From the human T2T-CHM13v2.0 reference genome, Homo sapiens: DNA of 64,000 nucleotides. Where the stretch lies: NCBI RefSeq assembly GCF_009914755.1, contig NC_060930.1, one strand, 5' to 3'. The notes below the pieces were generated by a model. It searched no databases, was not told where the DNA came from, and saw only the letters and a list, made by a program, of their open reading frames with translations. Both the position numbers and the translations under genes were made by a program. The stretch's first letter is position 1. Each line of letters begins with the position of its first letter. Below, in pieces: positions 1 to 19,190 of the stretch.

Positions 1-1717
1 GCTTGGTGTCACAGGAAAAGGGCTATGGACTAGCCAGGAAGGTGGGCTATGGACTAGGTGGGAAGAGGATAGAGTTTCCTGGGAACAAGGGAACCTGGGA
101 GATGGGCGCCTCAGTTTTGTCAGGACTAGTCCTTGTGGAAGGAGTGACGTTGTGTGCTCTGTGACTGAGGAAAAGCATTAATGGCACAAGATTTATTATA
201 TTCTAGACTAGCCAGGGAAGGTATAGAATGAGGCAACATTGATGTCACAGAAACCTGAAAATTCCAGCAGCTGGAGAGGGAATGGACAAGGACAGCCTCT
301 TATTCCACATCTTCCTGCCTCAAAGAATTGTTGTCAAAGACATCAGAATGTCAACTTGAGCCCAAGACCACTTTGTCTGATGATGTGAAGTGGAGTCAAA
401 CTGTTTTGGAAAAGATGTCTTTGCCAAGTCACTTTTGATTCCAGAACTTAATGGAGGGCACTCAGGCTGACCTGAGTCCTTGTTTTAGAATCCTTGCTAA
501 GCATGGATCTCATGTTAAAATTTGCCAAACAGAGAAAGAGAAGAGAGTTTTATTCTTGGGGTTTCGTCAGGGTGGAGTTTTATATATGTGGTTCTCTTCA
601 AAGAGGCTCGTGTGAGGGAAATAAAAACAATTGTATGTTTTGTTTAAAATATCAGCATTGAGCTTAGGAGAAGCTCACAAAACCAGATTCTACTTAGTCA
701 TCTGGCAGGACCACCCCTCCCTCTGCAAAATCAGCTGACCAGCCCACACCTCCTGCTAGGTGGTCACATTCTAGCGTGCTCAGCCACCCACATCTACCAA
801 TTGAGTTACAGGCTGACCAAGAGTAGGTTGGATTTGTTCCCAGATGTATTTTATTTTCTCATTAAACTTGGTATTGAAATTGCCCAACTTTACTACTTAT
901 GTAACCTGATGAAATGTGAATGTGAAAATGAGTTACTTTTTTATTGTATTTAATGTAAATTAAATGCTTTCTTAATATTCCATAAATGTTAATCACTAAA
1001 AATATCATTTAATTAAATGTGAGTGAATCAAATGTAAAAAAAAGTGTTATACAAATCTGGGATTTGGGATTCAGAATGTTTCAGAATGTTTTCAGTTCTA
1101 GCTCTACTTTAAAGAAACCAGAATTGCAAATCATAAACAATACATTCTGAATGTGGTATATGCGAGAAAGAGCACATGGAACTCTTACCAGAAGACCCAC
1201 ATTTAAAGAAAAAATCTGTGTCCTTCATCAAAGACAAATAAATATGCCTTTTAGAAAATTTTAGGTTAAATTCAAATAATATTGTTTTTGATAAATGGGC
1301 ATTGGATCCGAGGGATTCTCCTGAGCTAGTCATGAGTAGTCTGTTGACCTTCCATTTGTAAGTCACCTCCAAGACCTCAAGAGCAAGGGGGCTGCTGGGA
1401 GTTCCACACCCTGAACACACCCCAGGCCCTGGGACCTAGGGAGATGGGCAGCACAGCCTTATCGCAGGGATATGGGGAGGGACCTCCCGGGTCACATTCA
1501 GAGTGCTGAGCACTGCCCACATTCCAGGAATGTTCATTTTTATTTTTCTTTCCAAATTGCCCCCTGGCTACTTGCCTGCATACAAAAAAATGATGTTTAA
1601 TTCCAGGCACATAGAAAAAGAAATGCAGGTTTTAGAATGTCAAAGGCACTGCCTTCTCTGTTCATGTTTTTTTTTTTATTCCAATGTTTCTTCAGGTTAT
1701 AGAGATGGAATATTACC

Positions 1718-1957
1718 TGGGAGTTAGCAAACTTTCTCTGTAAAGGACCAGATGGTAAATATTTTAAGGTTTGTGGGCCAGAGAGTCTCTCTGGCAATAA
1801 CTCAGTTCTACAGCTGATTTATTTCAATCTACTGTAGATTGAAAGCAGCCATAGACAATACATACATGAATGGGTGTGGCTGGGTGCCATTAAAACTTTA
1901 TTTAAAGAACAGGTGGTGGACTGGATTTGGCCTGTGGACTTAGTTTGCCTACTGCTA
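1718..1957 (-). mobile_element. MER58A-like hAT-Charlie DNA transposon
   Basis: Ends GGGAGTTAGCAAACTTT... and ...TAGTTTGCCTACTGCT; internal text matches the recalled MER58A consensus. Confidence 0.75.
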
Positions 1958-2189
1958 TGTCTACAGCAAGAGTTCTTAACTGGGTGAGGAATCAATAAAG
2001 TCTGTGAACATTTGTATAAGTTTTGGTTATGTATTTTTCTGGGGAGAGGAACTATATTTTTTTCAGATTTCAAAGATACCATAATTGATAACTTTAAGTC
2101 ACATTGCTATAGAGAAATGGTCTCTTCTGGGATTTCATAGCTTTTTTTTTTTTTTTTTTTTTAGAAATACTGTATGGTTAGTCATTTAT

Positions 2190-3730
2190 TCTTTAAAATT
2201 TTATTTTGAAATAATTATGGGTTTATAGGAAGTTGCAGAGATAGTACAGAGGGCTCCTGGTTATCCTTCACCTAGTCTCCTGGTGGTTACAGCTTCTTTA
2301 ATTATAGTACAATATCAAAACCAGGAAACTGTCATTTGTGCAATATGTATATAGTGTATAGTTCTATGTTGTTTTAGCACGTGTAGATTTATGTAACCAC
2401 TACCATCATCAGCCACCAATCTGTTTTCCATCTAAAAAATGACCTTCCGAGATTGGCTTTTATCACTCAGCATAATGCCCTTGAGATCCATTCTAGTTGT
2501 GTGTGCATTGTTTTTGTTGATAAGTACTATTGCTTGGCATGGATATACAACACTTTGTTAAACCATTCACCTATAGAGGGACATTTTGGTTGTTTTTAAC
2601 TATTACAAATAAAGCTGTTGTGAAGAATTGTGTATAGGTTTTGTGTGGACATTGGTTTACTGGGATAAACGCTCAGGAGTGCAACTGGTGGGTCATATGA
2701 TAAGTGCATATTTAGTTTTTTTAAAGAAACTACCAAATTATTTTCCAGAGTTAAAAATGTATGTTTTAAAGTGACTTGAACATATGACATGAACATGCAC
2801 ATGAAAGCATAAAAATGCAAGAACTTCAGGAAAATCTAAAATGTCTCCTTGCCCACTGCCCAGTCCCAGATGCCCTCTTCATAGGCCATCAGTGAGTGTG
2901 CATCCTCTCTTTCCCATACTGTTGTTCTAAAACCTGGCTTTGCCTTTCATCTTGGAGGTCTTTCTATGGAGCATTTATAAAGCTTTTTCATTCCTCTTTA
3001 ACTGAGGAGTGGATATACCACTATGTAAGCATTCCTCATGTTTATGAACTTTGGTTATTTCTAAGTTTGCTGTCGTCAATAAATGATGCAATGAATATCT
3101 CTGAAATGCCTCTGTGTATACTATTGGGTTTTTCTAAGATAGATACATAGGAGTAAATTGTTGGGTCACAGACATGCCCATTTGTAATATTGATGAACAC
3201 TGCCAAATTGCCTTCTTAAAGGAATGTATCAATCAATACTCCTACCAGCAATTAGGAAAGTTTACTTACACACTTGTCCACACCCAATATGTTCAATTTT
3301 ATTAATTTTAAAAATTAATCTGATGAATGAAAACTATTTCTTTGTTATTTTAATTTGTATTTTTCTGATTAGCAATGAGGATACAGATCTTTTTCATAAC
3401 TTAATTGACCATTTTATGTTATCTGCTCTAAATATTTGAATTTTGGGATCTTTTTTTCCCTTACTTTTTCTTATTGATTTTTAGTAGCTCCTTATTTCTA
3501 TTAGACAGAAGTCCTTTGGATATTTTTTATATGCTGAAAATGTTTTTCCAAATCTGTTACTCATCTATTAAATTTGTTTTTGGTCTGTATGATGGTGCAT
3601 GTGTGTTACTCACCTAGCTTCACTTAACTTAGTCTTGTTTTGTGTAGCCAAATGGATCAATCTTTTGCTTTAAGTCTCCTGGATTTTGTTCTTACCTGAG
3701 AAGCTCTTCCTCATTATAAATTATGAAAAC
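2190..3730 (-). mobile_element. Old L1M 3' fragments
   Basis: Typical antisense L1M 3'-end text (GGTCATATGATAAGTGCATATTTAG, TTTTAATTTGTATTTTTCTGATT); boundaries approximate. Confidence 0.6.
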
Positions 3731-3743
3731 ATTCCCTTACATC

Positions 3744-4049
3744 TTTTTTTTTTTTTTTTTTTTTTTTTTAGATGGAGTCTCGCTCTGTCGCCCAGGACGG
3801 AGTGCAATGGTGCAATCTCAGCTCACTGCAAGCTTCGCCTCCCAGGTTCACGCCATTCTCCTGCCTCAGCCTCCTGAGTAGCTGGGACTACAGGCGCCTG
3901 CCACCATGCTCGGCTAATTTTTTGTATTTTTAGTAGAGATGGGGTTTCACCATATTGGACAGGCTGGTCTCGATCTCCTGACCTTGTGATCTGCCTGCCT
4001 CGGCCTCCCAAAGTGCTGGGATTACAGGTGTGAGCCACTGTGCCCAGCC
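3744..4049 (-). mobile_element. Alu (AluSc8/AluY-like)
   Basis: Poly-T tail, full dimer, TSD CCCTTACATCTT on both sides. Confidence 0.93.
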
Positions 4050-6488
4050 CCCTTACATCTTTTCTAAAGTTGTTGGTCTGCAAACTACTGGAACTGGTGG
4101 CCAATGGTTCAGCTAGCACATTAAATCTAAATCTTGCATTAGGGAACTGATATCAATAAATTTGACTTGCTCCAACATTATGTTCACCCTCCTGGGTCTA
4201 GCATCATTGCAATTTATTTCTAAATCTCCCCCCTGACTTCTGCCAATGTAAACTAAAAAATCTTGAAATTCTTTTCATATTTAAGCTATATCTTTCCTAG
4301 ACTGCAATCTTTTGACTTGTCTTGAGATGTACGTGGGAATCTACTCTAGACATATCTGGGGGCAATAATGGGTGGAGGAGGTCTTAAGGAGTACTGGCAT
4401 TCCCTCTCAAGGCAGCTACCTCAGATGAGATGATTACAAGTGTTCAAGCAAGGGAAGTTCGTTTTTCTCAAAAGGAAAAGAAAGGTTGCATCTTTTGGCA
4501 AAAGAGATTCAGGGGGTTTGGGGTGTATTAGTCTGTTCTCACACTGTTAAAAAGATATACCTGAGTCTGGGTAATTTATAAAGGAAAGAGGTTTAATGTA
4601 CTCACAGCTCTACATGGCTAGGGAGGCCTCATAATCATGGTGGAAGAAAAGGAGGAGCAAAGGCACATCTTACATAGCAGTAGGCAAGAGAGCTTGTGCA
4701 TGGGAACTCCCATTTATAAAACCATTAGATTTCATGAGACTTATTCACTACCATGAGAACAGTGTGGGGGAAACCACTCCCATGATTCAATTATCTCCAC
4801 CTGGCCCCACCCTTAACACATGGGGATTATTACAATTCGAGGTGAGATTGGGGTGGGGGCACCAGGGCCAAACCATGTCATTCTGCCTTTGGTCCCTCCC
4901 AAATCTCATGTCCTCACATTTCAAAACCAATCATGCCTTCCCAATAGTCCCCCAAAGTCTTAACTCATTGCAGCATTAACTCAAAAGTCCACAGTCCAAA
5001 GTCTCATCTGAGACAAGTCAAGTCCCTTCCTCCTATGAGCCTGTAAAATCAAAAGCAAGTTAGTTACTTCCTAGATACAAGGGGAATTGGGTAATTCCTA
5101 GATACAGGCATTGGGTAAGTATACCCATTCCAAATGAGAGAAATTGGCCAAAACAAAGGGGATACAGGTCCCATGCAAGTCCAAAATCCAATGGAGCAGT
5201 CAAGTCTTGAAGCTCTGAAATAATTTCCTTTGACTCCATGTCTCACTTTCAGGTCATGCTGATACAAGGGGTGGGCTCCCACGGCCTTGAGCAGCTCCAC
5301 CCCTGTGGCTTTGCAGGTTACAGCCCCCCAACTCCCTCCTGCTTTCACTGGTGTTGAGTGTCTGCAGCTTTTCCAGGCACACAGTGCAAGCTGTTGGTGG
5401 ATCTACTATTCTGGGGTCTGGAAGACGATGGCCCTCTTCTCACAGCTCCACTAGGCAGTGCCCCAGTGGGTACTCTGTGTGGTGGCTGCAACTCCACATT
5501 CCCCTTCCTCACTGACCTAGCAGAGATTCTCCATGAGGGCCCACCCCTGTAGCAACTTCTACCTGGACATCAAGGCATTTCCATACACCCTCTGAAATCG
5601 AGGTGGAGGTTCCCAAACCTCAATTCTTGACTTCTGGGCACCTGCAGGCTCAACACCAAATGGAAGCTGCCAAGGATTGGGACTTGCACCCTCTGAAGCC
5701 ACACGCTGAGCTGTATCTTGGCCTCTTTTAGACACAGCTGGAGTGGCTGGCACACAGGCCACAAAGTCCCTAAGCTGCACAGAGCAGGGGGGCCCTAGGT
5801 CTGACCCAAGAAACCATTTTTTCCTCCTACTGCTCCAAGCCTTTGATGGGAGGGGCTGCTACAAAGGTCTCTGACATGCCCTAGAGACAGTGTCCCCATT
5901 GTCTTGGGGAGTAACATTTGGCTCCTAGCTACTTATGCAAATTTCCACAGTGGCTTGGATTTCTCCTCAGAAAGGAAGTTTTTCTTTTCTATTGCATCAT
6001 CAGACCGCAAATTTTCCTAACTTTTATGCTCTCCTTCCCTTTTAAACAGAAGTTCCAATTCCAAGCCATGTATTTGTGAATAAATAAAACTGAATGCTTT
6101 TAGCAGCACCCAAGTCACCTCTTGAACGCTTTGCTGCTTAGAAATTTCTTCCACCCGATGCCCTGAATCTTCTCTCTCAAGCTCAAAGTTCCACAAATCT
6201 CTATGGCAGGGGCAAAATGCCACCAGTCTCTTTGCTAAAGCATAACAAAAGTCACCTCTGCTCCAGTTCTCAACAAGTTCCTCATCTCCATCTGAGACCA
6301 CTTAAGCCTGGACTTCATTGTTCATGTCACTATCAGTCATTCAACAAGTATCTAGGAAGTTCCAAACTGTCCCACATCTTCCTATCTTCTTCTGAGCTCT
6401 CCAAACTGTTCCAACCTCTGCCTGTTACCTAGTTACAAAGTCACTTCTACATTTTCAGGTATCTCTACAGCAGCACCCCATTACCTGG

Positions 6489-13422
<6,934 letters not shown>

Positions 13423-14949
13423 CTGGTACCAATTTATTGTATTATTCTGTTCTCATGATACTAATAAAGACATACCACACTGGGTAATTTACAAAGGAAA
13501 AAGTTTTGGCTTACAGTTCCACATGGCTGGGGAGGCCTCACAATTGTGGTGGAAAGCAAAGGAGGAGCAAAAGCACGTATTACATGACAGAAAGCAAGAG
13601 GAGTCCTGGCATGTAAAGGGGAATTCCCTATTATGAAACCATCAGATATCATGAGACTTATTCACTACCACAAGAACAGCACAGGAAAAACCTGCCCCCA
13701 TGATTCAATTACATTGCATTTGGTACCTCCCATGACACGTGGGGATTATTACAATTCAAGGTGAGATTTGAGTGGGGACACAGAGCCTAACTATATCATG
13801 GGGGTTCAAGATCTTCAGATTCATTTGGGTTCAGTCAGTGTCTCCATTCCAGTTCTGAGATTCCCTCCTTCCTACCCATTTTGTAACTTTTGTTTAAGAG
13901 ACCTGATGAGGGTATGAATTCAGCCTATGGTGCAATTCTACAGCCTATAATATCAATGTTTCTCTTCTCTCTTGCTCCTTCCTTCCCATCTCTGGCCAGT
14001 GTGACCCACTGGTAGAGCCGTATAGGAAGCCAGGTGGTGACGGGTCTGAGAAATGTCATTTTCAGGTTTCAACAGTTGATGCCACAGAAGAGAGTGCAGG
14101 AGGACAGGCATACCTGCTTTCTCAGGAAGCTATTGGAAATTATGCTTCTTTAAAATGTGACAAAAATCAAGAAGGAGATGGCATCTAGGAGACAGGAGAC
14201 AAAAGGAACACTCAGGAAGGTGGGGAAAGAGAGCCCAGGGCAACAGCTCTGCTGCAGACCTAGAGATCCACCAGGCGAAAGTGGAGCAGGAGGGCTGGGG
14301 GCTCCATGTGGGAGGTCTCTCAGAACAAAAGAAAAGAAGAGAAACCAATGCGTGACGTATTTGAATACATTGAGGGGAGAGCTATTATTCTGTCAGACAG
14401 TTTGGAGGAAAATTAATGATGAATATGTAGAAAACAAAACAATAAAAACCAGTGTTCAGGAAAAGCAAGATACTGTAAAAGAAAGGAAGCATAATCATAG
14501 TACACAAAATGACTCAGTGTTAATAGCCATAATGACATGAAAGTTCAGTATTTGATTTAATAAAAATGTGACAAAGTTTAAAGGGAACAGAAAAGCTGTG
14601 TGTTGGGATGAAGGGAGAGATGAAGAGAGTTACATTTTTATCTTTTATATTAAAAAGTAAATAGATAATATTTAAGCTGAAAAATCAAGAAATGTCAATA
14701 TAAAGAAGTTATTTATATATGTGGAGATGAATCTCAGGGGGAAAATTCACCTAAAATAGTTGAAAATTTTCTCTGAGAAATTAGTAGAGGTGAAATAGGG
14801 CAAGGAAATTTTGTTTTCATTATAAGTCTTATGATATTTAGCTTTTAAAAATGTATTCATAATATTACTTTTATAAAATATTAACATGTATTTTAAAATC
14901 CACAAATGTTAAGACATTTTTACCAGACTAAAAAATGATCATCAATGGT

Positions 14950-15622
14950 TTTATAATGCTAACATTTTTTATTGAACTCTTCTCAAGGTCTTTTGTAGAA
15001 AATACACATTCATGCTTACCCAATCTAAATATGGAAGGACCTCATGATTACTTAAGTTGTATTCCTGATTCTTTTATTTGAGATTCACTTTAAGTCTAAC
15101 CTAGATAATAATCAATGTATTTTTAAAAATTTCGTCACCTGTGTTACTGAAAGGCCTATCTAAAATTCTTGACATACATTCTGGACAACTTTATATTGTT
15201 TTGGGTGTTTTATTTCTTTAAGAAAATAGATGCTCCTCTCCCAACTTTACTGTTTTTCACACTTTTTTCTATTTTGTTTGCCTAGCCCACAGTTCCCCTA
15301 TGTATTCTGGTTAGATAGCATTGCAAAGAAAAGAATCAAATTTAAAAAAATACAAAGATGGAAAAAAAACCCTCCAGAAAACCAATGTCCAATGTCCTAG
15401 GAATGCTGAGAATAAAGTGAGCTGGAAGAATTTGGCAGGATCTGGTCCCATGGGTATTTTTCCACAGTGTACAATAGACTCCACTGGCTGTAGACCTAGG
15501 TTGATAGGGCTCAGGGGTAAGTTTGGTTGAGTTGTATGGGCTTTGTGATGAGTGCAGGGATTTCTACTTTTGGTCTTGCTGCCATCAAAGCTAGGTCATG
15601 ACAGCAGCAACGGTCTCTCTTC
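14950..15622 (-). other. SLC22A2: SLC22A2 3' UTR with AATAAA poly(A) signals
   Basis: Plus-strand TTTATT (AATAAA on minus) at 14968-14973, 15073-15078 and 15209-15214; the 3' end is inferred, not observed. Confidence 0.7.
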
Positions 15623-15689
15623 TTAGTTCAATGGAATGTCTAGTTTCTGAACTTGGAGGTAAATCATCTTTTCTTTATTTTTTCTTGGT
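15623..15689 (-). CDS. SLC22A2: SLC22A2 last coding exon 11 (67 nt; PRKNKEKMIYLQVQKLDIPLN*)
   Basis: Acceptor tgcag|ACC; TAA stop; the 11 exons total 1668 nt = 555 aa. Confidence 0.96.
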
Positions 15690-16102
15690 CTGCAATAAGA
15701 AATAAAAATGGAGAGGGGAGAAAGAAATTATGAGGAGGCTGAAAACCAAAATAAAGTGGGTAATAAATGAGAGGAACAACAAATGATTATAAACTTTGTT
15801 CAGGATTAGTCTTGCAATGTGTTCTGAGTGGTGGTTCTCACAAAGAAAATGGACAGAACTTGTTGATAACTCATGTCGACAGAGTTATTCCTAAAATTAT
15901 CTTATTGAATTGGAACTGGCCTAAATAAGTTCCTTTTTTAGGGTGTTCACCTTTCTCTGTAATAGAGAATGTGGGTAAAGTCTAAACTTAATCTTATATC
16001 AGTTAAAGATGAAGATTGCAAAATCTTGTTATCATTAGTTATGCAAATAGAATTTGAAAAATTATTTTTTCAAAGTGTATTTACTTTTCAACAGCTTGAT
16101 AA

Positions 16103-17820
16103 ATGAAGACTGCAATTAAAACATTTGTTCAAATTGCAAGTTTTCTCAATCATCTTGTCTTCGTGAATGCCAGGACATTGCTGATATTCATCGTAGAAAT
16201 GCTGCTTTCTTCATTTTGTTGTTCCCAGCCATGCCCTTTGGACCTGTTCCTGTTTATAGCAATATTGAATCAGCTGTGGGCTGCTCCCAGCCACCCAGCA
16301 TCTCACAGAATTTCCCCCACCTGGAGTTGGTTAGTATTGTCTCGTTTTCTGGACCAATCCAATCTGAGACGAGGGATGGCAGAAGCTTACCCAAATCACC
16401 CTATGGTTTTGGAATTCTCTAAAGCTCCAGATGGGGAGGTAAAATCAAGTCAGTTGAGCTCCTCTGGTCTCTCTGCCAACAACAATAACAACAACTACAG
16501 CAGCAGAAACAACAACAGTAGAAATAGCAGCAATAGAAGCAGCAGCAGGAACAACAAAAGCAAGAACAGCAGCAACAGTAGCAGCAATAGTAGCAACAGC
16601 AGCAACAACAGTAATTACAGCAGCAACTGCAATAGCAACAGTAGAAGCATCAGTGACAACAGCAGCAGTAACAACAACAAAAGCAACAGCAGCAACAATA
16701 GTAATAGCAACAGCAACAGTAACAGTAGCAGCAACAGATATGGCAACAGTAATACCATCAGCAGCAACAGCAATAGCAACAATAGGATCCTCAGTAGTAA
16801 CAGCAATAGCAACAGTAGCAACACGAGCAACAGCAGCAGCAACAATAGTATCAGTAATAGCAATAGTAACAGTAACAGCATCAGCAGCAGCAGCAACAGC
16901 AACAGCAGCAGCAACAATAACAAAAGCAACAGAAACAGTAACAACAAAACCAACAATAGCAACAACAGCAGCAACAATTTTAGCAATAGCAGCAACAATA
17001 GCAACAGAATCAACACCATCACAATTAAGAGCAACAACAGCAGCAACAATAGCCACAGAAATAGCAAAATCAGCAGTAGCAACAACAGAAGTCGCAGCAA
17101 TAACAGCAGCAGCAGCAACAGAAGTAGCAGTAGTAATAGCAGCAACAGCAGCAGCAGCAGCAGCAGCAATCATTACCATAGTAGCAACAACAGTAGCAGC
17201 AACACCAGCAGCAGTAGCAGCAGCAATAGCAACAGTAATAGTAGCAGCAACAGCAATAGCAACAGTAGCAGCATCAGCAACAATAACAGCAACAATAGCA
17301 GCAGTAACAACAGCAATAGCAGCAGCAACAATAATAGCAGCCACAGCATCAGTAGCAGCAGCAGCAACAAGAGCAACAATAACAAAAGCAACAATAGCAA
17401 CAGTAGCAGCAACAGCAATAGCAACAGCAGCATCAGCAACAGCAATAGTATCACAATTAACAACAGCAACAATAGCCACAGCAACAGCAACAGCAGCAGT
17501 AGCAACAGAAATCGCAGTAATAACAGTAGCAGCAGCAGCAGCAGCAATCATTACCATAGTAGCAACAACAGTAGCAGCAACACCAGCAGCAATAGTAGCA
17601 GCAATAGCAACAGTAATAGTAGCAGCAACAGCAATAGCAACAGTAGCAGCATCAGCAACAACAGCAACAGCAGCAGCAACAATAAGAGCAGCAGCAGCAA
17701 CAACAACAGTAGCAGCAGCAGCAACAACAGCAACAATAACAAAAGCAACGATAGCAACAGTATCAGCAACAGCAACAGCATCAGCAACAACAGCAACAAT
17801 AGCAGCAGTAAAAACAGCAA

Positions 17821-17852
<32 letters not shown>

Positions 17853-18366
17853 ACAATAAGAGCAGCAACAACAGCAACAGTAGCAGCAGCAGCAACAACA
17901 GCAGCAACAACAAAAGCAACAATAGCAACAGTATCAGCAACAGCAACAGCAATAGCAACAAAAGCATCAGCAACAGCAATAGCATCACAATTAACAACAG
18001 CAACAGCAGCAGTAGCAACAGAAATCACAGTAACAACAGTAGCAGCAGCAGCAGCAATAATTACCATAGTAGCAACAACAGTAGCAGCAACACCAGCAGC
18101 AGTAGCAGCAGCAATAGCAACAGTAATAGTAGCAGCAACAGCAATAGCAACAGTAGCAGCATCAGCAACAACAAGAGCAACAATAGCAGCAGTAACAACA
18201 GCAACAGCAGCAGCAACAATAAGAGCAGCAGCAGCAACAACAACAGTAGCAGCAGCAGCAACAACAGCAACAATAACAAAAGCAACGATAGCAACAGTAT
18301 CAGCAACAGCAACAGCAATAGCAACAGCAGCAGCATCAGCAACAATAGCAGCAGTAAAAACAGCAA

Positions 18367-18398
<32 letters not shown>

Positions 18399-18927
18399 AC
18401 AATAAGAGCAGCAGCAACAGCAACAGTAGCAGCAGCAGCAACAACAGCAACAATAACAAAAGCAACGATAGCAACAGTATCAGCAACAGCAACAGCAATA
18501 GCAACAAAAGCATCAGCAACAGCAATAGCATCACAATTAACAACAGCAACAATAGCCACAGCAACAGCAACAGCAGCAGTAGCAACAGAAATTGCAGTAA
18601 TAACAGTAGCAGCAGCAGCAGCAATCATTACCATAGTAGCAACAACAGTAGCAGCAACACCAGCAGCAATAGCAGCAGCAATAGCAACAGTAATAGTAGC
18701 AGCAACAGCAATAGCAACAGTAGCAGCATCAGCAACAACAGCAACAGCAGCAGCAACAATAAGAGCAGCCGCAGCAACAGCAACAGTAGCAGCAGCAGCA
18801 ACAACAACAGTAGCAGCAGCAGCAACAACAGCAACAATAACAAAAGCAACAATAGCAACAGTATCAGCAACAGCAATAGCAGCAGCATCAGCAACAACAG
18901 CAACAATAGCAGCAGTAAAAACAGCAA

Positions 18928-18959
<32 letters not shown>

Positions 18960-19159
18960 ACAATAAGAGCAGCAACAACAGCAACAGTAGCAGCAGCAGC
19001 AACAGCAACAATAACAAAAGCAACAATAGCAACAGTATCAGCAACAGCAACAGCAATAGAAACAAAAGCATCAGCAACAGCAATAGCATCACAATTAACA
19101 ACAGCAACAATAGCCACAGCAACAGCAACAGCAGCAGTAGCAACAGAAATCACAGTAAT

Positions 19160-19190
<31 letters not shown>

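Noticed and set aside
20-57. Short direct repeats: GGGCTATGGACTAG twice here, and a ~25-bp duplication at ~29175-29222
   Set aside because: Isolated local duplications with no further structure.
14157-14540. 127-aa + ORF (similarly the 142-aa ORF at 24197-24625)
   Set aside because: Non-ATG starts, no recognisable domain; lengths expected by chance.
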